From the NCBI GenBank assembly GCA_965204345.1, contig OZ241981.1, positions 640,001-704,000 on the forward strand: a stretch of 64,000 nt of DNA. The letters run 5' to 3'. The DNA comes from Nitrosopumilus sp. (GTDB taxonomy: Archaea > Thermoproteota > Nitrososphaeria > Nitrososphaerales > Nitrosopumilaceae). The first letter of the stretch is position 1; each line of letters starts with the position of its first letter. Positions 51,001 to 61,062 of the stretch are shown here, one piece after another. The notes beneath the pieces were generated by a model that did not search any database, was not told the DNA's origin, and saw only the letters and a program-made list of their open reading frames with translations. The translations under genes were made by a program, and so were the position numbers.

Positions 51001-51294
51001 TATATCGTGTTTATCTCCACATCAAGAAACAGGGAGATGATGGCAAAAGGGCTAGTCAAGGACATTGCAAGAAGACTCCAGACACTAAGAAAGGAGAGGG
51101 GATACACGCCAACTGATATTTTGGAGACTGCATCAATTCTTGAGCTAGACGAGGAATCACTTGGGATGGTAAAAGAAAAGGCAGAAGAGCTGGCATTTCT
51201 AGTCAGAGTAAGGCAGGTCAGCTTTGCAGAATCCTGCAAGGAATACAAGGAAGACGACATTGACGGTCAGAAGATCAGAATTTCAGTCGAATAG
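48097..51294 (+). CDS. ileS: Isoleucyl-tRNA synthetase
   Basis: EGPPTMNGIPHAGH, WTTMP, WCISR, EGIDQTRGW, KMSKS. Confidence 0.96.
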   Translation: MELSAKFDAKAIESQVREYLKSVDLKGQIFASERPEKIRFIEGPPTMNGIPHAGHLRGRVIKDFWYRFNTLQGKKIEFNGGWDTQGLPVELQVEKELGVSGGKTEAIKEFGIERIVSECKKVVEKFNKAWLEVDDLLGMSFNHEKAYWTFRDEFIEREWQVLKKAHENKILEEDYTVIAYCPSCQTSLSHAEVNQGYEEVRDPSLYYKVKLVNEDAFLIVWTTMPFTLVTDAMVGLHPEEDYAYIRVEDETWIVGKTRLEQLMEELKIAEYKIVKTVKGSEFEGKKYVHPLLDLIPELGEISKLENYHVAVSETFVDASTGSGLVHLSPANGEEDIKIANKRKVKIFSPINDEVKFTQNAGRYQGMFVRDADRQIVEDLKERSALVKIGRIKHKYPLCWRSHHPIVWLARRGWFYKIDKLDDKVIDAAKSVEYFFEQPKNRFLGIIKERHPWCISRERIWGCPLPVWDCKDCGEKNWLFTRKDIIDSADKLPDGPDFELHRPWIDNITIKCKRCGGVNTKREEYVLDTWHNSGSAPYSSLTDEQYANEIPAPFFTEGIDQTRGWAYTLLIENVILNNSAIPPYKAFLFQGHVLDEKGGKMSKSKGNVLEGAELLQRYPADLIRLYFMGKASPIEPLSFSTDELMSRPYQVINTLFNLHLYFKQNSQYDKFDKTNTVEWARQKDLLTSPDIWLLSKLQKLIQMVTQKNQSCRFHEGAKAMDDYIINNLSQIYIPITRGELWDEDEQKKDRRLAIYAVLGLVLKTLDVLIHPFCPFTSEYLYQTVFSARQSILFEGWPAYQESLVNKEIEESFDIIKDIVSVSSAARMKGKLKRRWPLNEAQVCVREGQKKKLESHSKLLQSQLNVERFSIVQTQEESGLKQVSELQRLGLPVMGTVELERKRIGPKAKQHMGRLVSAFNETDPQEIIAALQKDGKYDFEIDGEKISLDNEDFVIDFDASENYAAAKRDGYIVFISTSRNREMMAKGLVKDIARRLQTLRKERGYTPTDILETASILELDEESLGMVKEKAEELAFLVRVRQVSFAESCKEYKEDDIDGQKIRISVE

Positions 51295-51344
51295 AATGAT
51301 GAGAAATGTAATATTTTTATTAGAATCACAGATTTCATAATCAA

Positions 51345-51929
51345 ATGTCCGAATCAAATCCAAACGTTGTTGGAATTAACGTTCTAAGACAAAACGGCCT
51401 GGATGTTGATGAGTTGGTAAAGGAACTGATAAAGAATGCGGCAGTCGAATTCACTGCATATTATTACTTTACCAATCTCAGAGCACACTGTACAGGCATA
51501 GAGGGAGAAGGATTGAAGGGAATCATCGAGGATGCAAGACTGGAGGATCTCAGCCACTTTGAATCGTGCCTTGAGAGAATCTACCAGTTGGGAGGCGCGC
51601 TTCCAAATGATGCAACTGAGTTTATCAAGATTTCAGGCTGTGAATTCCTGCAGCTTCCGGCAAATCCGACAGACCACAAGGAGATTCTAGAAAAGTGTCT
51701 CAAGGCAGAGCAGGGCGCAATAGTCAACTGGAACAGAATTTGCCAGATGACACTGGGAAAGGATCCTGCCACATACGATATTGCAAAAGATATCCTGGCC
51801 GAAGAGATCGAGCACGAGTCCTGGTTCCTAGAGCTAATCTACGGAAGGCCATCAGGACACATGAGAAGAAGGTATGCAGGCGAAAGGCCGCATACAAGAA
51901 AACATTCCAGAGCACTAGACATGGCATGA
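51345..51929 (+). CDS. DPS-like (ferritin superfamily) protein
   Basis: EFTAYYY, EDLSHFE, EEIEHESWF, PSGH. Confidence 0.9.
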   Translation: MSESNPNVVGINVLRQNGLDVDELVKELIKNAAVEFTAYYYFTNLRAHCTGIEGEGLKGIIEDARLEDLSHFESCLERIYQLGGALPNDATEFIKISGCEFLQLPANPTDHKEILEKCLKAEQGAIVNWNRICQMTLGKDPATYDIAKDILAEEIEHESWFLELIYGRPSGHMRRRYAGERPHTRKHSRALDMA

Positions 51930-52041
51930 GTCCCAAACTCACTTTCTTTATTTTTGATTATCTTAGGTGACTTTATTGACGACAAGTTGTGAAGATGCGT
52001 TGTTTTATCAGGGTTAAATAGAAAAATCACGTACAGGTAAC

Positions 52042-52371
52042 ATGGTAAAACAGATTAGTCTTGATGCATGGCAGATGCAGCATCTATCAGACCTGTTAGA
52101 AAAGGGATCAGGCATTGTTGCAAAGACAAACAGGCCCATTGTTCTGTACAGACAGACATTAGAAGAAGAGGACGAGTCCTATGAGGAGATTGTATGCACG
52201 TTAACCCAAGGGTATGTAATTGAGCAGATGGTTGCATCCGGCGGGATTCTTGTTCCAAGCTTTCACCAGCAGTTTGTATTTACCATAAAAGAATACCCCC
52301 AAGAACTGTTGAGAAAAAGCAAGGACCGCTTTTTGGAAATAATTGATCTTCTTGAGGAGCAATTAAAATAA
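52042..52371 (+). CDS. Conserved hypothetical protein
   Basis: 109-aa ATG ORF in core context. Confidence 0.65.
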   Translation: MVKQISLDAWQMQHLSDLLEKGSGIVAKTNRPIVLYRQTLEEEDESYEEIVCTLTQGYVIEQMVASGGILVPSFHQQFVFTIKEYPQELLRKSKDRFLEIIDLLEEQLK

Positions 52372-52411
52372 CATCATAATTAATAAAGACCGTAAAATTC
52401 ATCAGTTTTGC

Positions 52412-53518
52412 ATGCAACTATTAGAATTTCAGGCCAAGGAGCTGTTCAGGGAATACGGAATCAATCTGCTTGAGAGCAGGTCATCATGCAGTATCGAGGA
52501 AGGCAGAAGACATGCAAAAGAGTTGGGATATCCATTTATGATCAAGATTCAGGTGCCAGTAGGCGGAAGGGGAAAGGCAGGAGGCATCCAAAAGTGCCAA
52601 AACGACGACGAGTTTGAGATAAAGTACCCCCAAGTAATGGACTTGACAATAAAGGGTGAGAGAGCAAGGGCAATCCTGCTTGAAAAGATGGCAGATATCA
52701 AAAAAGAGCTGTATCTGTCGCTGTTTTTGAATCGCTCAAAGAGATGTTACACCGTTATTGCATCAGCAGAGGGCGGAGTTGAGATTGAATCAGTGAAAAA
52801 CCAGATTATTAGGGAGGTGGGACTCGGTAAAGTCTCAGATGAGCTGGCAGGAGAGATTGCAAAGGAGATTGGACTGGAAGGAGATACAGCAAAGCAGTTT
52901 GCAGATACGCTAAAAAAACTATCAGAACTTACAATTCAAAAGGAGGCAGAGTTGGTAGAGATTAACCCGCTTGCAATAATGCAGGATGACTCAGTTATGG
53001 CACTGGATGGAAAGTTTGTGACAGATGACAATAGTAATTTCAGACATGCAGAACTGCAAAAGTATCAGGAAAAGACAGCAATAGAGGAGCAGGCAGAAAA
53101 GAGCGGATTCTCACTGGTAGAGCTTGATGGGGACATTGCAGTTGTTGGAAACGGTGCAGGACTGGTAATGTCCACACTAGACATGCTATCAGACAACGGC
53201 GGAAAGCCTGCATGCTTTTTGGACATTGGTGGCGGCGCAACTACTGAATCAGTGTATGAGGCATTAACTTTGATTAGCAAGCTTGAGAGGGTAAGGGGAA
53301 TTTTGGTAAATCTTTATGGCGGCATTGTAAAGACTACGGTGGTTGCCGAGGCATTTCTAAAGGCATATGAGAATAATCTAATTGACCTGCCGGTATTTGC
53401 AAGACTAAAGGGTACAGAGTCAGAAAAGGCAAAAAATATGCTAGAGGGGTCTAGGACCAACATATTTGACTCAGTAGAGGAGGCAATTAACGCGGCAGTT
53501 ATGGGAATAAAAAAATGA
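52412..53518 (+). CDS. sucC: Succinyl-CoA synthetase beta subunit
   Basis: EFQAKELF, GGRGKAGG, EINPL, NGAGL. Confidence 0.95.
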   Translation: MQLLEFQAKELFREYGINLLESRSSCSIEEGRRHAKELGYPFMIKIQVPVGGRGKAGGIQKCQNDDEFEIKYPQVMDLTIKGERARAILLEKMADIKKELYLSLFLNRSKRCYTVIASAEGGVEIESVKNQIIREVGLGKVSDELAGEIAKEIGLEGDTAKQFADTLKKLSELTIQKEAELVEINPLAIMQDDSVMALDGKFVTDDNSNFRHAELQKYQEKTAIEEQAEKSGFSLVELDGDIAVVGNGAGLVMSTLDMLSDNGGKPACFLDIGGGATTESVYEALTLISKLERVRGILVNLYGGIVKTTVVAEAFLKAYENNLIDLPVFARLKGTESEKAKNMLEGSRTNIFDSVEEAINAAVMGIKK

Positions 53519-54432
53519 CGGATATTTTTGAGCTACTAAGGGGAGACCCAAAAGATACTGATTACCAAAAAAAAGGGGTCATAGTGCAGGGAATTACAGG
53601 CGCATATGGCTCGCTGCACGCAAAACAGATGATGGCATATGGGACAAACGTGGTGGCAGGTGTCACGCCAGGCAAGGGAGGCCAAAAGTTTGAAGGTGTG
53701 GTTCCAGTGTACAATACCATGGGGGAGGCAGTGGATGCAACTGGTGCCAAGATATCAATCATATTTGTTCCAGCAAAGTTCTTTTTATCAGCTGCAAGGG
53801 ATGCCTTGGAATCTGGAATAAAGCTGCTTGTTGCCATTCCAGAGCATGTTCCAATCAGGGATACGATGGAGGCACTAGAGCTGGCAGGCCAAAAGGGTGC
53901 GGTAATCATCGGACCCAATACTCCCGGAGTCATGATACCAGAACTAATCAAGATTGGAATCATGCCCTCAATGCCATTTAAGGCAGGAAAGATTGCAGTC
54001 CTCTCAAAGAGCGGCACATTGCTATATGAAATCTCTGATGCCCTGACAAACTCTGGGTTTGGGCAGTCAATTACAATTGGTATCGGGGGAGACCCAATTA
54101 ACGGCACAAGACTGGTTGACGCATTTGAGATGGTCAAGGACATTCCGGACTTGGAGGGACTGGTGGTAGTAGGTGAGATAGGAGGGGATGCAGAAGAGAT
54201 TTTAGCTCAGAGAATCATTGATTGCGGATTTGACAGGCCGACTGTGGCATATATTGCCGGGCGTGCAGCACCAAAGGAAAAGAGGATGGGCCATGCAGGA
54301 GCAATCGTCATGGGAACATACGGCTCTGCTGAATCCAAGGTATCAATGTTTAACAAGGCAAACATTCCAGTGGCAAAGAGGCCTGCAGAAGTGCCGGTTC
54401 TGCTTGCAGGCAAGATGGAAAAATCCGATTAG
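53515..54432 (+). CDS. sucD: Succinyl-CoA synthetase alpha subunit
   Basis: QGITG, GVTPGKGG, GPNTPG, MGHAGA. Confidence 0.96.
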   Translation: MTDIFELLRGDPKDTDYQKKGVIVQGITGAYGSLHAKQMMAYGTNVVAGVTPGKGGQKFEGVVPVYNTMGEAVDATGAKISIIFVPAKFFLSAARDALESGIKLLVAIPEHVPIRDTMEALELAGQKGAVIIGPNTPGVMIPELIKIGIMPSMPFKAGKIAVLSKSGTLLYEISDALTNSGFGQSITIGIGGDPINGTRLVDAFEMVKDIPDLEGLVVVGEIGGDAEEILAQRIIDCGFDRPTVAYIAGRAAPKEKRMGHAGAIVMGTYGSAESKVSMFNKANIPVAKRPAEVPVLLAGKMEKSD

Positions 54433-54463
54433 ATTAAAAGAGAGAGATAAGATACACAATCAA

Positions 54464-54631
54464 ATGCCGGTTACAGACCCTGAAAAGAAGAGAATTGCAC
54501 AGCAGGCACGTCTCGTAATGAGAATCTGCTTTAAGTGCGGGGCAAGAAACGATATTGGCGCTACGCGGTGCAGAAAATGCAGAAACCCGTACCTGAGACT
54601 AAAGAACAGAAATCTCGGCGTTAAAAAGTAG
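54464..54631 (+). CDS. rpl40e: 50S ribosomal protein L40e
   Basis: ICFKCGARN...RCRKC...LRLK; ATG at 54464. Confidence 0.92.
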   Translation: MPVTDPEKKRIAQQARLVMRICFKCGARNDIGATRCRKCRNPYLRLKNRNLGVKK

Positions 54632-54720
54632 GACCAGATATCACTAGTCTTTGCATGTAACTTGTAATTGCAGATTTTAGTTTGCTGTAATGTATACAAG
54701 TGATTTTGCATTATCATGAC
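54603..54720 (+). repeat. Direct repeat copy 1 (rpl40e 3' end plus decayed 3' end of the convergent gene)
   Basis: 28-bp exact core AGAACAGAAATCTCGGCGTTAAAAAGTA, then a diverged match to 55654-55750. Confidence 0.85.
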
Positions 54721-55019
54721 TTTGGTTCGTTAAAAGGCAGCTGCAAATATCAGACTTGGCATGTTATCTTAACCTCTTTAGTGCAGCAATTTTTTTTGGC
54801 TTGTCTGCCAAGACACAGAAACTTGCAATTATCAAAAGTAGACAAAGACACGATTACTAATTTAAAACTCGTCGAGCCCATCCGTTCTCAAATCTTGGAT
54901 TTTGTTCTTTAATCACGCCATTGATCATAAATAAAAATTCAAACACAGCAAAAAAGACGAATCAAAATCAGGACTGGATCATGCCTGAAATTCCCATCAA
55001 GTATTTTTTTAAAAATCTG

Positions 55020-55469
55020 TTATCTGCTAAAATCTGATTTTAATTTCTTTAACAATCTCCTAATTACAGAGGATCTATACAGTAAAATTCCTCCAACAGA
55101 CAATTCAACAATGGATATCATTGACGATAAAATTAACTGATCCCAAATATATGGTTGGTCATAGTCAGTTAGAGACAGCATTGTTGATAAAGATGCTAGA
55201 GATGAAAGTAGATTGAGAATGCCAAGATATAGCAATGATCCTGCCAATGCCAGGATAAAATAAGGCCTTTTAGGAATATTTTTTCTCTTTAGAATAAAAA
55301 AAGGCACTGAAAATAATAACAATACGGTAAAACCCAATGAATATCCTGCAGATATCACATCACCGATGATGCTGATTGCCAGCTGTTCCATTCTGTCTGG
55401 CGTTCCAGTCCATGAACCAATGCCATCTTCAGTATCCCATACATGTGAACTAGCTAATGTATCAGTCAT
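55020..55469 (-). CDS. Membrane protein, probably with a frameshifted 5' end
   Basis: Three TM segments; an upstream hydrophobic MKIGFLII start lies out of frame. Confidence 0.55.
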   Translation of the reverse strand: MTDTLASSHVWDTEDGIGSWTGTPDRMEQLAISIIGDVISAGYSLGFTVLLLFSVPFFILKRKNIPKRPYFILALAGSLLYLGILNLLSSLASLSTMLSLTDYDQPYIWDQLILSSMISIVELSVGGILLYRSSVIRRLLKKLKSDFSR

Positions 55470-55625
55470 CCAAGGAACCTGTACAAGAAAGAACTAATGA
55501 TTATCAAAAATCCAATTTTCATTTTCTCATGTATCTCATGCTGGGGTATGTTGTTTCCTACAAATGACAAGACCTGCAATTGTAATGATTCAGGCAAGGA
55601 CCAAACAAGTGATACTTTAGACTGG

Positions 55626-55750
55626 AGAACAGAAATCTCGGCGTTAAAAAGTAAGACTAGATATCCATCAATCTTTGCCTGTAACTTGTAATTGCAGATT
55701 TTAGTTCATTGTGATACTGCAATACAAATGATTTTGCAGCATCAGGACTG
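55626..55750 (+). repeat. Direct repeat copy 2
   Basis: Same 28-bp core at 55626-55653. Confidence 0.85.
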
Positions 55751-55905
55751 TCCAGTTCCTCAAAAGATAATTGCAAGTCATCAGGCAGCTGCTCATTCAT
55801 TTGAAACAGCATCTTGGCAGCCTCTGCATATTGCCCTAAATTATCAGCATACTCAAAAGCTAGCTTCATTCGATCAATTAGGATGTCAAACTCTTGCAAA
55901 GACAT
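55657..55905 (-). CDS. Conserved hypothetical protein
   Basis: 82-aa ATG ORF. Confidence 0.65.
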   Translation of the reverse strand: MSLQEFDILIDRMKLAFEYADNLGQYAEAAKMLFQMNEQLPDDLQLSFEELDSPDAAKSFVLQYHNELKSAITSYRQRLMDI

Positions 55906-55999
55906 GAAGATAGTCTTTTGGCATTAGTAGAAAAGACATGGGTAATTGTGATATAACTAGACGCAAAGACAAAAAAACTCCTCTTTTGGTAATCTTGTT

Positions 56000-56095
56000 G
56001 GACCGGTCGTCTAGTTTGGTTTGGATGACGCACTCACACTGCGTAAGAGATGTATTTCTCCGCAAGGGTCGTGGGTTCAAATCCCATCCGGTCCA
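56000..56095 (+). tRNA. tRNA-Val(CAC) with a 21-nt intron at position 44/45 (56046-56066)
   Basis: Acceptor GGACCGG/CCGGTCC, anticodon arm ACGCA-CTCACAC-TGCGT, T arm GTGGG-TTCAAAT-CCCAT; BHB motif around the intron. Confidence 0.93.
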
Positions 56096-56250
56096 CCTCC
56101 TATAAAGAATGGACCCCTAAATTTTAGATCTCAGTATTTTTAGGCTAAATTTTGCCCAATTAACAGATACCTTTTTGATCCCATATCTACAAGTAATGAA
56201 CCACTTGTTCCTTTTATGCAAATCGACATCTTCCGTAGGAGAAAGAAAAA

Positions 56251-56514
56251 TTGCAGATAGTAAAGCAAACCCGTGACAAACCAACCAAGAGTGGACATAA
56301 AAAATTGCTTGCAGAACCAGACATTAGAAGAAGGTACCAAAACATTGCAAGAGAAAGTACCATGACAGCAGATGTTAGACTGCGTAGATTTGGGGTTTAT
56401 TGTGAGAGAGCAGATACAACTTCAAAAGAGTTTGTACAAACAGGAATTGATAATCTCAAAAATGCAGACGACGTCTTGCAGAATTTGCTGTCCAAATTTT
56501 TCTACTTGAATTAA
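56251..56514 (+). pseudogene. N-terminal remnant of an archaeal tyrosine integrase
   Basis: LLAEPDIRRRYQNIARESTMTADVRLRRFGVYCE resembles the N-domain of thaumarchaeal/Thermoplasmata integrases; next to a tRNA 3' end; no catalytic domain. Confidence 0.6.
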
Positions 56515-56704
56515 TCAAGTTATACCCAATCACAACAAATACCAAATAATGCCAACTTGAAATTACAAGAATTTTGATTTGACAGTATAGTACAAAATGT
56601 ACATGAGATGAAATAATCAAGTTGAAAAATGGAATGAATACTTTATAGGAATGAAAATTATTTAAAAAAATTTGAAATGTACCATACCCTCAAAAAAAAT
56701 TTCT

Positions 56705-57592
56705 TTACAAGTATTGCTTGTTTTCTTTGATATAATATTTCATGAACCATTTCAGAAAGTGTATCTCATCATGATTTAATTGTGATTTCTCTAATGATTT
56801 GAAATAGGGCCTTCTGTCTGCATTTTTTATCATCAATAAAGGATAATTGTATTTCAACAAAATATAGTTCATGATGAGTCGTGAAATTCTGCCATTTCCA
56901 TCTCCAAAGGGATGTATCGATACAAACTTGTAGTGTGCCATGCATGCAAAATCTACGACATTTTTCTCTGCATCATATTGACAAAGCCAGTCAAAAAATT
57001 CTGTTAATTTTTTTGAAATTTCTGGAACGGGTGCAAAGTCTATTTTCTCATTAGTGATGATTCCCACCCTGTATGATCTAATATATCCTGCTTCTCCTAT
57101 CTTTGTCTGATCAAAGATTTCTCTGTGCCATTGAAGCACAATTTTTTTTGTAAGCTTTGGTTTTTTTTCGGATGTTACTAGTTTCATGAATAATTGATAG
57201 TGTTTTTTTGTCTCTATGGTATCAATCTCGGATTTCTTTGCTGAGGTCACGCCAAATACAAGCAGGTCTTTTGTGTCTGTTTTTGTGAGGCTGGAGCCTT
57301 CAATTTTTTGAGTATTGTAAGTAAATGAGATTCCAAAACTCTCAAAATTTTTCAATTGGATCGATTTTGGTATTTTTTTTATCTCTTTTTGGTATTTTTT
57401 GCCAATTGACTGTATCTTTTCATCCCAGTCCTCACAGTAAAATTGTTTTAGAAAGTCTTTTTTGAGAGACTCTATATTTTTTGGAATGATCTTACCTAGA
57501 TATTTTCTCTTTTCTTTTCCCTGTATGTGGTGTTTAAGATAGTAAAACCCCCTTTCTTTTACTATACTCACCATAAATATAATACATATCAT
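56705..57592 (-). CDS. Fic family protein
   Basis: HPFGDGNGRISR catalytic motif; TYNTQKIEG inhibitory-helix-like motif. Confidence 0.93.
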   Translation of the reverse strand: MICIIFMVSIVKERGFYYLKHHIQGKEKRKYLGKIIPKNIESLKKDFLKQFYCEDWDEKIQSIGKKYQKEIKKIPKSIQLKNFESFGISFTYNTQKIEGSSLTKTDTKDLLVFGVTSAKKSEIDTIETKKHYQLFMKLVTSEKKPKLTKKIVLQWHREIFDQTKIGEAGYIRSYRVGIITNEKIDFAPVPEISKKLTEFFDWLCQYDAEKNVVDFACMAHYKFVSIHPFGDGNGRISRLIMNYILLKYNYPLLMIKNADRRPYFKSLEKSQLNHDEIHFLKWFMKYYIKENKQYL

Positions 57593-58489
57593 AAATAATA
57601 AAAAAGTTTAGAATTATTGATAATATGATATGTAATAAATTTATGATTGTTTGCCTAATGTTGTTTAGTTTTACTTAGATATTTTTCTGAATTGCATTTT
57701 AGTAAAATTCAAACAGGAGGGATTTTTGATTTTATACTAGAGATATGAAAGAGAAACTTAGAGTTGTAACTTGAGGTTAAATGTAAAAACTGCTTTAATG
57801 CAATTCCAAAGAAGAAATCATCTCACATAGCCAAAAAGAATGCAAAATATGTCATAAATGAAATGAAGTGGCAAGATGATGATCTTGACTTTGATGAGGT
57901 ATCAAAAAGGATAGCAGAGTGGAGCATGAAAAATGAAAGACCGTTAATCCAAAGAAAAAGAAACGACAGAGTATCATTCAAACAGAAACATGATTGAGTA
58001 TTGGGTAGTCTGTTCATCAATGTGGGATGTATGCAGAGTTGCTCAGATTGATTGGAGAAACAATCAAATCTAAATCAATAAAACGCAACAAAAATTCTTT
58101 TGGCTTTGAGGTAATACAACATGCTACAGCATAGATTTAAAAAAGAATTATTTACAATCTAAAAACAAGCCAAAGAATAATTATTAAAAATATATTTTGT
58201 TGTAAACCATTCAAATGCTGCTAGATTATTAATTGAAAAATTTCTTTTAATAATTCAGTAATTTATTTAAAGTTAAAACATATTTTTGATAAAATAATTG
58301 CAAGTTGAAGTATTGAAATTCATCAAACCTCTTAACATTCTATTTATGATTCTATAGTGTTGTTTGAGACATCAAAAATTTCTTCTATGTTATTCATAAT
58401 TTCATATGATATTTTTCTTCAATAAATCTATGTTGTCATTTTAATGATAATTTGAGGTTTTAATCGCATAAACAAATTTTACATTTTGA

Positions 58490-59504
58490 TGATAATTTAG
58501 TTTTAATTTTAATTGGGGTAGAGTATATCTTCAATATTTTTTCTGTACTTTCTTTTTTATTGAGAATTTTGTATACTAAATTTTGTAATTGTGTTCTTGA
58601 AATATTATACATAAGACCCCGTGCTCCGACATAATGACAATTTAAAGATGCTAAACATTGTCCTAAACGTAGTGCCTTTTGTAATTTTTTATCTGTAATC
58701 TTCGCTTTTGCCCCCTTTTGACCTAATTCATGAATTAATCCTGCTGTGAGCCAGTCTCCTGAACCTGCCGCATCTACCAGGCTCTACTGAGAAAGCAGGT
58801 AATTCAGTCCATATGGTTTGTCCTAATATGTTGGCTCTATATCTTAATCCTTTTTCTCCCATAGTATGAATTTCAAGTGGAATTTTCATATTTAGGGAAT
58901 TGTTGTTAGATTTTAAATCATAACAATGCTTTACAATATCTGCAATTTCAAGACAATTTTTGAAATTTTTATCATCTAGCAATCGTGGAGGCTCAAAAAT
59001 AACCAATGCTCCTTTTTCTTTTTGTCGCTTTGCTAACAATAATGAGCTTGGGGTTGCTCTATCCATGTAGTAGACTTTAGATGCAGGAATCTGATCTTCG
59101 ATTTGCTTTAGTGAATCTAAAAGAAATGATTTTCTATCTAAAAGCCATTTTACATGTAAACACTTTAATGAAAAACTATGTCTTGGATTTTTTCCAGAAT
59201 ACGCTTTTTCAATAATTCTTGGTGATGATATTTTTGGATCTTTTTCTACAAATTTTGTTTTAACTCCCCATTTTTTCATATCTTCAATTATTCTATCCCC
59301 TTCCACATCTTTTCCTAATCGAGATACAGGTAATGAATTCCATCCTAAATATGATAAAATTGTTAAAACATTACAACAAGAACCTCCTGCTAGAAACTTT
59401 GGATTGTTTGGATCTCCATTGAAAATTACATCCAATGCAACTAATCCGGCACCTGTACAAACTGGTTTTTTTGAACTCTGTATTTTTGATATGCTATTCA
59501 TCAT
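58490..59504 (-). pseudogene. PfkB-family kinase, frameshifted near the C-terminus
   Basis: AGGSCCNV N-motif; the DAAGSGDW signature lies in another frame after ~58785; left coordinate approximate. Confidence 0.75.
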
Positions 59505-59630
59505 AACATCCTCCTGTCAATCACATAGTACATTCTTGTATAGAATTATGATGTTTAATTCATGCTGTTTTTAGTTAAATTATTGTACATTTTGTAAATT
59601 CAATAATTCCTTATTTGGAACTTTTTACTC

Positions 59631-60137
59631 TATTGTACGAAAATTATGTCCGCCTAAGCTCAAGTTTGAGGCAAGGGATTATTATCGCATATATCGATCA
59701 CAAATAATGAAGAGAACCAGACTGGAAAGAACCAGACTGGAAAGAACCATACCAGATACATCATACGGCAGCGTCAGAAGGGCACGGGTGCAACAGCAGT
59801 TCTGGCCCAGACCATGCAGGTCAGCGCAAGGCACATCAGACGCATATTGGTGACCTACCGCAAGACCGGAACAATACACCCCCACCGCCCGCAGACCAAT
59901 GGCAAGATTGAGAGATTCTTGAAGACACTTGAGGGTGAGCTTGTACACTTTAAGACGATCTGAGAGTTCATGGATTTACAACGAGGATAGGCTGCATTTT
60001 TCTCTGGACATAGAGAACTGCCAATACTCTTGATGGCATTTAAGGCCAAAAAGGTTCCTGATGCAATCAAAAAAAGCAACCAAAAATGGATGGAGGCAGA
60101 CATGAATGACTAGCAGACATGATTTTCATATAATACA
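59631..60137 (+). mobile_element. Internally deleted IS481-family element
   Basis: 23-bp TIRs (19/23); + strand remnants VSARHIRRILVTYRKTG joined to HRPQTNGKIERFLKTL and YNEDRLHFSL. Confidence 0.8.
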
Positions 60138-60223
60138 AGAGTGTAATTGCTCCTTACCATACTTTAAGAGTATTTCAACAAGTAGATTTTTTAACCAAAT
60201 TCATATTTTCAGAGGGATAAATA

Positions 60224-61062
60224 ATGATGAAAACAGAATTAAGATCTAAATTAGACCAGATTAAAGATAAAGTTGGAAAACCATATTTTAGTTCAGGTAA
60301 CGTACTGCTCTACAAAATGGATTGTACAGAGTTCATGGAATCCTTGAATTCAAATATTATTGATCTTACCATTACATCACCTCCATATAACATTGGAAAA
60401 GAATATGAAAAAACTGTTAAAAATGAAGATTATTTAGAATGGTGTGAAAAATGGCTGAATCAAATTTATCAATCTACATCTCAGTTTGGAAGTTTTTGGT
60501 TGAATTTGGGATATTTTGAGTTCCTGAAAAAGGAAAATGCGTTCCAATATCATATTTACTTTGGGATAAATCTCCTTTTTATTTTCTGCAGGAAATCGTC
60601 TGGAGTTATGGTGCAGGCGTTGCGACAAAAAAATATTATTCGCCTAGAAATGAGAAATACTTGTGGTACGTAAAAAATCCCAATAGATATATTTTCAATT
60701 TAGATGATGTACGAGACAAAAATGTCAAATATCCAAATCAGAAGAAGAATGGAAAACTAAAATGTAATCCACTCGGAAAAAATCCAAGCAATGTTTGGAA
60801 CATTCCTAAAGTTACATCAGGAAGAAATCGTTCTTCAGCAGAAAGAGTGGATCATCCTGCACAATTCCCAATTGCAATTCTAGACAGAATTATCAAGGCA
60901 TCTAGCAATAGGGATGACTTGATCTTTGATCCTTTTATAGGCTCAGGAAGTGTTGCAGTTTCTGCAATTCAAAATGACAGAATGGTAGTTGGTTGTGAAA
61001 TTAATGAAAAATACCTAGAAATTGCAAAAGATAGAATCAGAGAATTTCTAAAGTTCAAGTAG
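60224..61062 (+). pseudogene. Beta-class amino (N4C/N6A) DNA methyltransferase, frameshift at ~60520
   Basis: TSPPY in the first ORF; HPAQFP and DPFIGSG in the second; frames overlap via VPEKGKCVP. Confidence 0.88.

Noticed and set aside
54218-54463. N-terminal extension of L40e in the ORF track
   Set aside because: Overlaps sucD in another frame; real start is ATG 54464.
56045-56070. Long variable arm (type II tRNA)
   Set aside because: Val tRNAs are type I, and the extra 21 nt are bounded by a clean BHB motif.
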